Source: a virus | Taxonomy: Duplodnaviria > Heunggongvirae > Uroviricota > Caudoviricetes | Virus record (IMG/VR): IMGVR_UViG_3300028797_000096 | Coordinates: 77,860-141,859 of that record | DNA length: 64,000 bases | Strand: one strand, 5' to 3' | Shown: in pieces, positions 1 through 10,152 of the stretch | Layout of the letters: the number at the start of each line of letters is the position of its first letter | Position numbering within the stretch: position 1 is the first letter of the stretch | Notes under the pieces: generated by a model | The model's database searches: none | What the model was told of the DNA's origin: nothing | The model's input: the letters and a program-made list of their open reading frames with translations, nothing else | Made by a program: the position numbers and the translations under genes

Positions 1-121
1 GAGCACAATTTGACCAAAGAAAACAGTGATTTAGTGGTTGATAATACAAATGACCCTGAAAGTCACTGGATTGTAAAGGTTAAACCTGGTTTTTTACATA
101 CAACAATATAAGGAGCGTAAA

Positions 122-793
122 ATGACTACAGTAAACCGTAAAATCTTAGATAATGGTAATGTCGAAATGACAATCATTAGAGAAATACCTCGTTATAAAG
201 GGGAAGTATCTTGTGATAATATCATGTGTCAAGATATATTCTTAACTGAAGTTAAACAAAATGGTGTTTTAATCTATCCATTCGAATGCGGAACATTTGA
301 TGCATTCCAAACATGGGATGTTGATGAAGAAGAATTGAATGGTAATACAATGAGTGTTGCTAAACAAATTCTGCAAACGAAATTAGATGAACAATATGGT
401 AAGGATACTTATAAGGTATTCGTATTAGGTGTATATGAACATTCAAGCGTTGCATTCCATATAGTAGATAGTGATATATCTCAATCAGGTTGTCCAGATG
501 CTAGATGGGATGGTAGAAATTCAGGCTTCGTTGCTGTTCCAAATGATGAAAATCAACCTTGGAATAGTAAAAATGTTGACAAATTATCTCGTTTGTTAAC
601 ATCATTATATAACGGTGAAGTCTATGAATACATGATTGTAGACAACAGTTTGGATGATGATGACCCTGATAATGTAGTAGATTCATGTTGGTTCATAGAT
701 GGAATAGATGATACCGCATGCAAAGATTTTCGCAAGAATGCATTAGAGAAATATAATGTAGACTTCGAAAAGGTAGAAGTACGATACTTCTAA
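122..793 (+). CDS. hypothetical protein
   Basis: 223-aa ORF; AGGAG Shine-Dalgarno (taaggagcgtaaaATG); acidic DDDDPD tract near C-terminus. Confidence 0.6.
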   Translation: MTTVNRKILDNGNVEMTIIREIPRYKGEVSCDNIMCQDIFLTEVKQNGVLIYPFECGTFDAFQTWDVDEEELNGNTMSVAKQILQTKLDEQYGKDTYKVFVLGVYEHSSVAFHIVDSDISQSGCPDARWDGRNSGFVAVPNDENQPWNSKNVDKLSRLLTSLYNGEVYEYMIVDNSLDDDDPDNVVDSCWFIDGIDDTACKDFRKNALEKYNVDFEKVEVRYF

Positions 794-865
794 AAAAACG
801 CTTTACAACGATGAAAAAATGTTGTATAGTATAATTACATTCATATAAAACTAAGAGGTAAAAAG

Positions 866-1486
866 ATGTCAAAAGGTGGTAAACAAGCACCAAAACCTGT
901 TAGCGTAGATGGAAAAGTATATCCTTCTATTTATGCAGCAGCGTTAGCATTAAAAACAAGTCCGGGTAATATCACTTGGACAGTAAATCATACTGGTGTT
1001 TGGCACGGTATGAATATCAAATTAGTCAATAATCCATTTACAGCAGTATTGTCTAATGAAATGGCTGATAAATTAGGTATTACATCTGAAAAGTCTGTTG
1101 CAGATAAGAAAAGCGTAATGCCTAAATTGACAAAGAAAGGTGTTAGAGTTGAAAGTGATTCTAAAATCTTTCCTTCTATTAAAGCAGCAGCACTATACTT
1201 GAATGAAAATCGTTATAAATTGTGCAATATATTACGTCGTGACGGCAAATATAAAGCAGCAGATGGTGAAGTGTATAGAGCAATTGACCCTGCACATTCA
1301 AGAAACTTGAAAAAAGGCACTGGATATGTCCAAACAAAGATGAAATTGCCAGAAAGTAAACCAGTCGTTAATACTGTAGATACTTCATTAGCAAAATCTA
1401 TCTTGAAACAACATGTCAATGCATACTTACAGAAAGATTGCTATAAAGAAGCACGTGAATTGCTTGAAACAATTGAAAAACTGTAA
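866..1486 (+). CDS. DNA-binding protein with NUMOD1-like HTH repeats
   Basis: internal repeat GKVYPSIYAAALALK / SKIFPSIKAAALYLN resembling NUMOD1 helix-turn-helix modules of homing endonucleases; no nuclease motif seen. Confidence 0.5.
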   Translation: MSKGGKQAPKPVSVDGKVYPSIYAAALALKTSPGNITWTVNHTGVWHGMNIKLVNNPFTAVLSNEMADKLGITSEKSVADKKSVMPKLTKKGVRVESDSKIFPSIKAAALYLNENRYKLCNILRRDGKYKAADGEVYRAIDPAHSRNLKKGTGYVQTKMKLPESKPVVNTVDTSLAKSILKQHVNAYLQKDCYKEARELLETIEKL

Positions 1487-1575
1487 GAATCATATAGTAA
1501 ATGAATAATATAGAACAAGGTTGGAATATATCTTGTTCTATATATAAGTTTTAGAAAGTAAAGAAGGAGTAATAA

Positions 1576-1788
1576 ATGGCAGTAAAATCTAGAACACCTT
1601 ATACTTCAAAAGGAATGGTTGGAACAGTCAAATCAGGACATAGTGATATGTCTATCTTAAGAAGTATGTGTTCGGGAACTAAAAAACATAAAACATATAA
1701 TATAAAGCAAGCCCCAAAGAATCCAGATATTGCAGAAAGGCGGCATGAAAAGAAGCGTCAAATGCGATTGAAAAAGAAAGAAATGTAA
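1576..1788 (+). CDS. small basic protein
   Basis: 70-aa ORF, SD aaggag 7 nt upstream, Lys/Arg-rich C-terminus. Confidence 0.5.
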   Translation: MAVKSRTPYTSKGMVGTVKSGHSDMSILRSMCSGTKKHKTYNIKQAPKNPDIAERRHEKKRQMRLKKKEM

Positions 1789-1816
1789 GAGTTTCCTCTA
1801 AAGGATGAATGTAAAG

Positions 1817-1843
1817 TCCTGGTTATAACAACCAGGATTTTTT
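1817..1843 (+). terminator. rho-independent terminator
   Basis: TCCTGGTT-ataaca-AACCAGGA followed by TTTTTT. Confidence 0.7.
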
Positions 1844-1850
1844 AATTTTT

Positions 1851-2333
1851 GTGGTTAAATCTTTATGTTATAATATAAATAAACCAAAGGAGGTTAAAAT
1901 CGGGTACACAAATTATTGGCGAACAAAAAGAATACCAAAAAATGAATTGCCACAAGAATTTTTGACAGAAGTTGAGAATTCTTTAGATAAGATTATTAGC
2001 CAAGGAATACAATTGGCTGATGGTTCTGGAGAAAAATTGTATAAAAACGGTAAACAAATCGTTGATAAAGCAATGAAAGCAAATCCAGATTACTTTATCT
2101 TATCCTTAAATGGATACGGTGAAGATTGTTATGAATCATTTGTATTTGATACAAGTGGTGACCATAACTTTTGTAAGACAGCAAGATGCAATTACGATAT
2201 AGCAGTCAAGTGTATACTTATCTTAGCAGAAAAATACCAATTACTGTCTATAAACGGAGAAGGGTCTTACTGGTCTTTTGATGGAAAGCGTAGCGATGAG
2301 GAATACCAAGCCGCTGCAAAATTACTTAAATAA
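1851..2333 (+). CDS. hypothetical protein (start codon uncertain)
   Basis: ORF track starts at GTG directly after a terminator; a -10-like tataat and aaggagg SD lie inside the annotated 5' end, so the real start is probably a non-ATG codon about 1896. Confidence 0.45.
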   Translation: MVKSLCYNINKPKEVKIGYTNYWRTKRIPKNELPQEFLTEVENSLDKIISQGIQLADGSGEKLYKNGKQIVDKAMKANPDYFILSLNGYGEDCYESFVFDTSGDHNFCKTARCNYDIAVKCILILAEKYQLLSINGEGSYWSFDGKRSDEEYQAAAKLLK

Positions 2334-2344
2334 AGGAGTAATAA

Positions 2345-2689
2345 ATGGCTTACATAATTAAAGCATACGATTATGATGGTAAATTCTATGGATACTTTGC
2401 ACCACATCCAGATGACCTAGAAAATAAATCGTTTTCTTTCTATGAAGATGATGTTAAATTGGCAAAACAATTTAATTCATATATAGAAGCAAGTAATATG
2501 GTTGAACGCTTCCAAGACGGTAGTGATTTGGAATATATAATAATCAACTATAATCCAAATAACGGTGATTTACATGACTTCATTAAACAATGGGTTGCAA
2601 AACACTATGGTGAAAGTGAAGCCAATAATCCTTCTTGGAATATTGAATCATTAGCAAATGCAATTACAGAATACTTAAACAACAAATAA
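2345..2689 (+). CDS. hypothetical protein
   Basis: 114-aa ORF with SD aaaggagtaataaATG. Confidence 0.55.
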   Translation: MAYIIKAYDYDGKFYGYFAPHPDDLENKSFSFYEDDVKLAKQFNSYIEASNMVERFQDGSDLEYIIINYNPNNGDLHDFIKQWVAKHYGESEANNPSWNIESLANAITEYLNNK

Positions 2690-2701
2690 AAGGAGCGTAA
2701 A

Positions 2702-3079
2702 ATGGGATGCAGATGTGTAATCGTATCTAAAGATACAGATAGAACAAATGCTAATCAAAAGATTGGTATTTACTTACATAGTCATGGTGATATTGACACT
2801 GTTAAATACTTACTGAATGAAGTTAAATCCAAAGGACCTCGTAACGTAATGTCAGACCCTGCTTATGGTTGGGCCAGAGCATGTCAAATCATTGGTGATG
2901 TCTTAACTAGTGAAGCATTAAATTCCCCCTATGAAATAGCGCAATCACATGCGTATGAAACAGGTATGGGAATTGGTGTAGTTAAAACATTAGATTGCCA
3001 TAACTATGATAACGGTGTATATTATATCGACGAAAACTGGGATATAGTTAAACATACTGATGGTCAAGAGTTGGTATAA
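2702..3079 (+). CDS. hypothetical protein
   Basis: 125-aa ORF with SD aaaggagcgtaaaATG. Confidence 0.55.
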   Translation: MGCRCVIVSKDTDRTNANQKIGIYLHSHGDIDTVKYLLNEVKSKGPRNVMSDPAYGWARACQIIGDVLTSEALNSPYEIAQSHAYETGMGIGVVKTLDCHNYDNGVYYIDENWDIVKHTDGQELV

Positions 3080-3097
3080 TAACGAAGGAGAACTGGG

Positions 3098-3463
3098 ATG
3101 AAGGCAACTATAGAACAAGTACAAATTCAGTTGTCTAATCTTAAATTAGATAGGCAACATGGTCGTAAAGGGAAAGCATTAGATGATTCTACTGCTGAAC
3201 TAAAACGATTAAAGAATAACCTTGCTTCAAGACTCTGTAGGGCTAGATTAAAACAGGCCAAAGAGCTTGGAATTCCAGATAAAAGAGCTGAAAAATCTAT
3301 TCCAGGTGGGTTAACCGAAGTAGATATTCGTAGATTTAAGCAGTGTTTTGTCTATGAAAGCATTTTACCTAGTATTACTTACGTTAAACGTATGACTGGA
3401 TTAACAGATACCCAGATAGAACATGCATGTAAGTATACTAAGTTAAAGTGTGCTAAAGTGTAA
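3098..3463 (+). CDS. hypothetical protein
   Basis: 121-aa ORF, SD gaaggag, followed by tandem terminators. Confidence 0.55.
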   Translation: MKATIEQVQIQLSNLKLDRQHGRKGKALDDSTAELKRLKNNLASRLCRARLKQAKELGIPDKRAEKSIPGGLTEVDIRRFKQCFVYESILPSITYVKRMTGLTDTQIEHACKYTKLKCAKV

Positions 3464-3474
3464 AGATAATAGAA

Positions 3475-3514
3475 GGACTACCACTTTTTATCTATTTTAG
3501 TGGTAGTCTTTTTC
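3475..3514 (+). terminator. rho-independent terminator (first of tandem pair)
   Basis: GGACTACCACT...AGTGGTAGTC then TTTTT. Confidence 0.7.
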
Positions 3515-3539
3515 TATTATAATTGTAGTAGAAAATATG

Positions 3540-3578
3540 ACCAAGTTATTACTCATCCTGATAACTTGGTTTTGTTTT
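3540..3578 (+). terminator. rho-independent terminator (second of tandem pair)
   Basis: ACCAAGTTAT...ATAACTTGGT then TTTGTTTT. Confidence 0.6.
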
Positions 3579-3659
3579 CTAGTTAGAAGCAAACATCCTG
3601 AACATGATGTTAAACTGTTCTTTGTCTAACTACATAATACTAACTAAAGGAGGTCAATT

Positions 3660-4013
3660 ATGTCAAAGACAAAAACAAACCGTGGTGTTAGAGCCACATT
3701 AGGACTGTCAGATGAAGACATTAGCCGTTTGGTTGATGCTGATACAGCAGTCAAAGAAGCAAAACTGAAACTCGATGCATTGAAGCAAGAGTTAAGAGTA
3801 GATGATTTGTCATCTGGTTCTTATGTTGCTGAAGGCATTGGTGCAGTCATCAAAAACACTTCAATTCGAGGCACTGTCGACTATAAAAAGATGTTGTTAG
3901 AACATCCAGAAATTGATGTCGAACAGTATACCGAATACAAAGAAGTAAGTTCTTTGATCATTAGAAATATGCGTGTCAAGCCATCTGGTTTGTTATCACG
4001 TATTGTTAAATAA
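3660..4013 (+). CDS. hypothetical protein
   Basis: 117-aa ORF, SD aaaggagg. Confidence 0.55.
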   Translation: MSKTKTNRGVRATLGLSDEDISRLVDADTAVKEAKLKLDALKQELRVDDLSSGSYVAEGIGAVIKNTSIRGTVDYKKMLLEHPEIDVEQYTEYKEVSSLIIRNMRVKPSGLLSRIVK

Positions 4014-4036
4014 CTCGTAAAGCAAGAGGTGTAATT

Positions 4037-5083
4037 ATGTTAACCCTTAAAGAATGGTATGATAAACTTACACCTGTCGCTCAAAAGTGGGTCAAAAATC
4101 ATTGTAATGAATGGTTTGATGAATCAACACCAGACTATTACAAAGCAGACCTAATGGAAGAAGTCTCAGGTAATATTGTATCTGAGACTTCGCATCCTTT
4201 CATGTATGATGAAATCCGTGGTTCGGGTTGCAACATAAGTGAAGGAATTATCAATAGATACTGTAAAATATTACAATTAATTAATAAGACTCATCCGGAA
4301 ATCATTTCGGATAAGGATTATGATACACTTGTAATGCCCGGTATTTGTAGATCCGATATAGGTTATCTTGACGACCTTTGGCGATATGGAAGAACCCTTG
4401 AACAGAAAAAGCAATTGTTTTTACAGAAAGAATTGCAACAATCATCTAGTCTTTATTTAAAGGATTATTTGTTTACTGTAAGTGATTATAGTAAATTAGA
4501 TATAAACTTGATAAAGAAAGATACACTGGATCAAGGTATAATAGATATCATAGGATACGATAATGCTAAAGCATGGGCTATTGATCATCCGAAACGATTG
4601 GTTGATGGCTTAAGTGATTGCGAAGAATCGGAATTGTTTGATGAGTTATTCTTTGGTGACTCTGACGAAGATAATATCAAAGGTTGGAGTTCTGCCGTTA
4701 AGAGTAGAGTCTTATATGATCGTTATCATAATATGACTAACTTATCACGATTCAATGATTTCTTATATCGTATGGTTGCAGTAGATCATCATTATTTAAG
4801 ACACTTGGGTGATTATTTGGCTAATTATCCTGCGTTGGGTAATATGATTGCAACGGCTAAGAAACCAGAAAGCGAATTAGATGGTACTGAATCTGTAGCA
4901 AATCGTTTCAGATATAGTCCAGAGATTCGTAAGTTGGGTAAGATAGCAAATGCTTGTATTCGTAAGACTATAAGTAAGACTAATCATGGATCATTACATG
5001 AACATGGATCACTTGTTAAGTTATATAACTATAGTTATAAAGATATATACGATGCAATGTATCCAGATGAGATTGTATTATAA
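4037..5083 (+). CDS. hypothetical protein
   Basis: 348-aa ORF, SD agaggtg; no recognisable motif. Confidence 0.6.
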   Translation: MLTLKEWYDKLTPVAQKWVKNHCNEWFDESTPDYYKADLMEEVSGNIVSETSHPFMYDEIRGSGCNISEGIINRYCKILQLINKTHPEIISDKDYDTLVMPGICRSDIGYLDDLWRYGRTLEQKKQLFLQKELQQSSSLYLKDYLFTVSDYSKLDINLIKKDTLDQGIIDIIGYDNAKAWAIDHPKRLVDGLSDCEESELFDELFFGDSDEDNIKGWSSAVKSRVLYDRYHNMTNLSRFNDFLYRMVAVDHHYLRHLGDYLANYPALGNMIATAKKPESELDGTESVANRFRYSPEIRKLGKIANACIRKTISKTNHGSLHEHGSLVKLYNYSYKDIYDAMYPDEIVL

Positions 5084-5197
5084 GATCTTTGATGAAACAA
5101 GAACCGAAGCATATATACTTACGACCGAAAAAATTTAATTTCAGTGGTAGTATATATGCTTTATAATATTAATAGACAATAACACAAGGAGTAAAAA

Positions 5198-6439
5198 ATG
5201 TCTATTTCCGAAAACATGAAGGGCAAAATGTTAATGCCCGAATTTACCATTGACACTTTAGAACAAGAAAATGGTAAACACATTCCAGGTATCAAGCGTA
5301 TGTTTGATATCGCGTTAGCACTTAAAGACTCTGTTATGATTTGGGCAGGTCCAGGTGTTGGTAAATCCCAAGGTGTCTTACAGTGGAATCAAGAAAAGGT
5401 TGAAGAATATAATGCTCGTATTGCTGCGGGTGAAAAAGTTAAACCTTGGAATCCACAAGTATGTGACATTCGTTTGTCCATGAAAGAACCTGTAGATATG
5501 ATGGGTGTGCCTATTCCAAGTAAAAATGAGAAAGGTGAAACAGTCACTGTCTGGGCTATTCCAAGTATCTGGCCAAAAGATGATGGTGAGTTTTCAGGTG
5601 GAACAATCTTCTTAGACGAAATGAACCAAGGTCAAGCAGCAATTCTTAATGCTGCATTCCAGTTGGTACAAGATCGTGCATTAGGTGATTATAAAGTACC
5701 TAAAGGTTATATCATTATAGGTGCTTCGAATCCATCTGCGTTTAATGGAACAGTGACAGAGTTTAGTATTCCTTTGAGTAATCGTTTCAGTCACTTCAAT
5801 ATTAAAGTAGACTTTGATTCTTGGTTAAACTATCGTATGAATAATGGTGGAAACTTAGACGTCATGACATTCTTGAAGACACAAGACCAATCATTGTTGT
5901 TTGATCGTCAAGGTATGGAAGCCAAAGTTGGTAGTAGTTTAGCAGAAACAATGTATACAGATATTGTTGTCACTCCTCGTTCTTGGGAAGTTGTAGAAAA
6001 ATTGTTGAACTTACCAGAAGGAACTAAAGATACAGGTGGCTTTAGTATCGATGAAAAGAAATACTATGCAACTGGTCGTTTAGGTTTGGGTGTTGCTAAC
6101 AGATTGTTTACATTCATTAAAGATAAAAACAAATATCAAGATTGTATGGAAATCTTGAAAGATGGTAAACCATTCCGTGATGAATCAGGTGATCAATTCT
6201 GGGCAACACAAATGGCTTGTGTTAATGCTATCATCAATCAATCAGATGATAAAACTTGTCGTGATTATGTATTAAACTTTATTAATGCAACAAGACAATT
6301 AAAGTCTGACGCATATAAAGTTATTAATACGACAACTTTAGTCAGATGCAAACGATTGAAAGGTGCATTAAAAGTCTTCAATCCTTTGGCAGATGCTGGT
6401 GATTTGTTGGGTCTTGCAGCAACAGCAGTAAAAGCCTAA
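5198..6439 (+). CDS. MoxR-like AAA+ ATPase
   Basis: Walker A GPGVGKS, Walker B IFLDEMNQ, about 410 aa, directly upstream of a VWA-domain gene (classic MoxR/VWA pairing). Confidence 0.7.
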   Translation: MSISENMKGKMLMPEFTIDTLEQENGKHIPGIKRMFDIALALKDSVMIWAGPGVGKSQGVLQWNQEKVEEYNARIAAGEKVKPWNPQVCDIRLSMKEPVDMMGVPIPSKNEKGETVTVWAIPSIWPKDDGEFSGGTIFLDEMNQGQAAILNAAFQLVQDRALGDYKVPKGYIIIGASNPSAFNGTVTEFSIPLSNRFSHFNIKVDFDSWLNYRMNNGGNLDVMTFLKTQDQSLLFDRQGMEAKVGSSLAETMYTDIVVTPRSWEVVEKLLNLPEGTKDTGGFSIDEKKYYATGRLGLGVANRLFTFIKDKNKYQDCMEILKDGKPFRDESGDQFWATQMACVNAIINQSDDKTCRDYVLNFINATRQLKSDAYKVINTTTLVRCKRLKGALKVFNPLADAGDLLGLAATAVKA

Positions 6440-6494
6440 GTAAATAATCTAGGGAAGTCATTAAGATTTCCCTAGTAAAATCAAGGAGTTAGTT

Positions 6495-6902
6495 ATGTCA
6501 TACATAATTAAAGAAGTTAAACCAGATCATTTCTTAGAGATCGATCGAGTAATTCAAGGCTTAGACATTGTGACTGTAGTTGAACCAATTTACAGTCATC
6601 ATGCAGCAACTAAGTTTGATAGTATCGATGAATGTAAAAGTATCTTAGAGCAGATCAAACAAGAAGGCAATTATCATATAGATGAATGTGTTTTCTTAGA
6701 TCCTGATGAAATTGATGCCGAAATTCAACGTAAGAAGGAAGAAGAAGAAAAACGATTGCAAGAATTTGGTCAGGCTAAGATGCAAGAAGTAATCGATAAA
6801 TTGAAGAAAGCCGGTAAGACAGATGAAGAAATATCAGAAGTCTTAGACCAAGGTATTCGTATCGATAAAGAAGAATATGAACGAGTAATCAAAGGAGAAT
6901 AA
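6495..6902 (+). CDS. acidic coiled-coil protein
   Basis: 135 aa, Glu/Lys-rich heptad-like C-terminal half; sits between the MoxR and VWA genes. Confidence 0.5.
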   Translation: MSYIIKEVKPDHFLEIDRVIQGLDIVTVVEPIYSHHAATKFDSIDECKSILEQIKQEGNYHIDECVFLDPDEIDAEIQRKKEEEEKRLQEFGQAKMQEVIDKLKKAGKTDEEISEVLDQGIRIDKEEYERVIKGE

Positions 6903-6903
6903 G

Positions 6904-8301
6904 ATGGCTACTATAGATGTTAATAAGATCGTAGAAAATGCTATGATTAATTTAAGTCTAGACTTTCCAATCTATACGAATTTAATTACACGCATTGGTT
7001 ATCGAGTGACTCATGAAGGTACTAAAAGAGCAATAGCCTATACAAATGGAACTAGTATTACTATTAATGCTGATGAAGTAGAACGTTGGAACTTAGATCC
7101 AATGGTCGAATTCGAAGGTAAAATGGTTAACAGAACCATTACACAGAAAGAAATGCAGTTCTTGTTATGTCATGAATTATTGCATTTACTTGGGTTAACA
7201 CATGAGCGTATGAAGAATGTAAAACTTTATGTTGCAGATATAGCAGCTAATGATGAAGTCTTACGTAAATTTGAGATCTGGAATCAAGCAACAGATTATG
7301 AAATCAATAGTTTGTTGTGGAATAATGAAACTACAGATCCTGAATTTGGTGATAAGAAAAGACATCCTGTTGGTAATATGCCAGCAGTTGGTTGCTATAA
7401 AGATGAATATAAAGATATGACAGCAGAAGAAATTTACGCTAAATTAATCGAAAAAGAAAAGCGTGAAAATAATGGTATGCTGTTAAAACCTCAGAATCCA
7501 ATGGTAATACCAGGCGATGGTGATGATGATGACGAAAGTGATAACGGTAAATCCTTAGCAGTAAAAGGTATTGGTGGAACAGCATTAGATATGCACATGC
7601 CAATAGAAAGTGAAGATGCTAAGAATGAAATGTTATCTAAAATGTCAGAAGTATTTGGTAGTAAGGGTAATGGATTAGGTGAATCTGCGATTGATCGTAT
7701 GGTTAATAGAGTATATAAACCAGTACCATTCAATTGGAGAAAAGCATTAACTAAATACATTAGATCTTATATCAAATCAAATTATACTTGGAACAAACCA
7801 AGTAGAGCAGGTATTGCGAATAATTTGATCTTACCAAGTGCTGGTACTACACCAAGTCTGCACGTAGGTGTTGCAATTGATACTTCTGGATCTATTAGTG
7901 ATAAAGAAATCAATGCAATGATGGATCATGTCTTTACTATCTTACAGCAATTCAAGTCCTTCGAAGTTGATTTGTGGGCTTGCGGTAGTAAAGTATATGA
8001 AGAGTCACTTATCAAAATCACTAACCAGAATAAAAAGGATTTGGAGAAATTCAATCCAATATCTGATGGTGGTAATGATATGAGAAAGAACTTTAAGTTT
8101 GTCAGAGATCATTATAAAGGTAAAGATAAAATTGATCTATTGATAATCTTAAGTGACTTCATTGATCCTCTAGATGGTGATGACGAAACAACAAGTATTT
8201 GTCCTTGTGTATTCTTGTGTATCGATCATAAAGACTTTAAGAAACCATCCAAGATCAAGGGTGAAGTGTATCCGTTTTCAGTAGAAAATTGGAAAGACTA
8301 A
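6904..8301 (+). CDS. VWA-domain protein with N-terminal HExxH (DUF2201-like)
   Basis: MIDAS motif VGVAIDTSGSIS (DxSxS); N-terminal LLCHELLHLLG HExxH motif; architecture typical of VWA partners of MoxR ATPases. Confidence 0.7.
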   Translation: MATIDVNKIVENAMINLSLDFPIYTNLITRIGYRVTHEGTKRAIAYTNGTSITINADEVERWNLDPMVEFEGKMVNRTITQKEMQFLLCHELLHLLGLTHERMKNVKLYVADIAANDEVLRKFEIWNQATDYEINSLLWNNETTDPEFGDKKRHPVGNMPAVGCYKDEYKDMTAEEIYAKLIEKEKRENNGMLLKPQNPMVIPGDGDDDDESDNGKSLAVKGIGGTALDMHMPIESEDAKNEMLSKMSEVFGSKGNGLGESAIDRMVNRVYKPVPFNWRKALTKYIRSYIKSNYTWNKPSRAGIANNLILPSAGTTPSLHVGVAIDTSGSISDKEINAMMDHVFTILQQFKSFEVDLWACGSKVYEESLIKITNQNKKDLEKFNPISDGGNDMRKNFKFVRDHYKGKDKIDLLIILSDFIDPLDGDDETTSICPCVFLCIDHKDFKKPSKIKGEVYPFSVENWKD

Positions 8302-8355
8302 GTAAGACAAGGGGTTATGTAAAAATAACCCCTTCGTTAATTGAAGGAGAACCAG

Positions 8356-8739
8356 ATGACTAACAAGCAGATATTAAAGAAATTAGAATCTACCGAAGGA
8401 AGAGAAAATGCTAAAGCAGTAAAAGAACTCTTACCACAGTGGAACTTAAAAGAATCCTTTCCAGATGATCATAATAGCATGATGCGTTATATAAGAATGC
8501 ATCAATGGGATTATGAAGACTTTGGATTTGGTATGGAAATGATATTAACAAGAGTGTTTCAAAGATATATCTTGCGTTCATATTTTGATATGAAAGAATT
8601 TAGAAGTAATCATAGAAACGTCCTAACCTCTACTTGTATTGCATTAAGTAAGATGGAAGGATTGCTTATGAATACTCAAGATGAAAAAGCATATTGTTTG
8701 TATCATTATTCGTTAAATAAGTATTACGGACATAATTAA
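8356..8739 (+). CDS. hypothetical protein
   Basis: ORF track start 8341 is a TTG inside the SD (ttgaaggagaaccagATG); ATG at 8356 preferred. Confidence 0.5.
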   Translation: MTNKQILKKLESTEGRENAKAVKELLPQWNLKESFPDDHNSMMRYIRMHQWDYEDFGFGMEMILTRVFQRYILRSYFDMKEFRSNHRNVLTSTCIALSKMEGLLMNTQDEKAYCLYHYSLNKYYGHN

Positions 8740-8750
8740 AGGAGTATAAA

Positions 8751-9497
8751 ATGAAAATTACTCGTATTAATATGAAAGGCTATATAGATCATATAGATTA
8801 TGCTGATCTTACTAAAGGAGTTTTTACAGCAAAAAAGACTCGTGTATCAGATATATATGGTTCTTATAAAGCAGATGAATGTAATGAAGTAGAAATAGAT
8901 AGTAAAGATGTAAAAGATTTGGCAAAAAAATATAGTCATGTTATTAGTGTTAGTGATATAGTAGATTACTTGCAAAAGAAAAAGTTATTACCAGCAGGTA
9001 GAGTATTTATACCAAATAACGAATGGAAGTATGACTTTATTAATGATAAAGGTGTATATAATATCTATTATGATGATACAATTCCATCTAGTAAAAAAAG
9101 ACAATCAACTGGTGTTTTACATATCTTTCACTATAAAGACTTTGTTAAATTACCTGCAACTAAGAAAGAACAAGATATGCTAGATCATTTAGCAAATCGC
9201 GCAAGAATGAAATCTTTGAATAATTTAGTATTAAAAGATAATTTCTTGAAGATACTGAATGATAATAAGTATAACGTAGAATTATATAAAGATGGTGAAA
9301 CAGTATACTTTAAGAATAAAGCAGGATGGAATAGATTAGTTCATGATGCTATTACTTACTACTTAAACAATACAATCTTAAAAGAAATAAAATGTGAAAT
9401 TGTCATGCCATTATATACTAGTAGTCATGCATGTAAATGGAGTGATTCATTCTGTAATATAGGCGATTTAAAGATGATTGTAGGTGATAAAAAGTAA
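8751..9497 (+). CDS. paralog family A protein
   Basis: 248 aa; shares a TKKEQ...L.K.N and C-terminal A(I/L).YYLN motif with the 13367 and 14293 proteins. Confidence 0.6.
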   Translation: MKITRINMKGYIDHIDYADLTKGVFTAKKTRVSDIYGSYKADECNEVEIDSKDVKDLAKKYSHVISVSDIVDYLQKKKLLPAGRVFIPNNEWKYDFINDKGVYNIYYDDTIPSSKKRQSTGVLHIFHYKDFVKLPATKKEQDMLDHLANRARMKSLNNLVLKDNFLKILNDNKYNVELYKDGETVYFKNKAGWNRLVHDAITYYLNNTILKEIKCEIVMPLYTSSHACKWSDSFCNIGDLKMIVGDKK

Positions 9498-9506
9498 AAA
9501 TATTGT

Positions 9507-9537
9507 TTTACTATTTGTTTTAGATAGTATATAATCA
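9507..9537 (+). promoter_or_regulatory. phage promoter, GTTTTAC-N18-TATAAT variant
   Basis: tgTTTTACtatttgttttagatagTATATAAT upstream of a 15-codon mini-ORF. Confidence 0.4.
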
Positions 9538-9637
9538 TGTCGTATTCAGAATAAAAGGAGTATGACATGAAGTATATATCTAGAGTTACTTCAGGTAAGA
9601 TCTTGCGTAAGTAAGATTTTATTTTGACAATAAAAAT

Positions 9638-9672
9638 GACCGAATATTTTAAATGTATTCGGTCTTTTTTTT
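9638..9672 (+). terminator. rho-independent terminator
   Basis: GACCGAATA-ttttaaatg-TATTCGGTC then TTTTTTTT. Confidence 0.75.
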
Positions 9673-9703
9673 ATGCTAATATAAATTTATAACAAAAGGA
9701 TAT

Positions 9704-10141
9704 ATGATGAGAGCAGACCATTGGATACCTATTAATGAATATATCTTTAAACACAATGGTGCAGAAGATATGGTTAAAATATCTAATATCTTAGATTTAG
9801 TTGGTAAATGTATTTATGTTCGTCCACCACACGCACGTTATAGTTCATATTATACTTTGCCTAAATACTATATCATTGGTATAGATAAAAATAATAGTAC
9901 TTTTACTGTATACCAGATTAAAGAAACAGTAGTTAAACAATATCGAGAAAATACTTATGAAAATAGTGAGTATACTACTTTTAAGTTTGACTTAGGATTA
10001 AAGAAACATATTAAAGTTAAAATGAATGCCAAAAACAATTGGTTAAAGATAGGTACTAATATAATCCGTATACAAGATATAAAAGAAACAGACCTTAAAC
10101 AAACACAAGAAGTTTGTACTTATGAAAGAATGTATGACTAA
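9704..10141 (+). CDS. paralog family B protein
   Basis: 145 aa, same length and residue pattern as 11135..11572. Confidence 0.55.
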   Translation: MMRADHWIPINEYIFKHNGAEDMVKISNILDLVGKCIYVRPPHARYSSYYTLPKYYIIGIDKNNSTFTVYQIKETVVKQYRENTYENSEYTTFKFDLGLKKHIKVKMNAKNNWLKIGTNIIRIQDIKETDLKQTQEVCTYERMYD

Positions 10142-10152
10142 AGGAGTGTAAA

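Noticed and set aside
501-893. Antisense ORFs 501..686(-) and 693..893(-)
   Set aside because: Overlap a well-supported plus-strand gene; typical AT-rich antisense artefacts. The same applies to 1213..1419, 7491..7760, 12101..12292, 17376..17606, 21218..21439, 23399..23608, 24196..24390, 24977..25222, 35200..35493, 37127..37327, 38090..38275, 44842..45257, 46426..46617, 48108..48359, 49843..50064, 57195..57425 and 63287..63472
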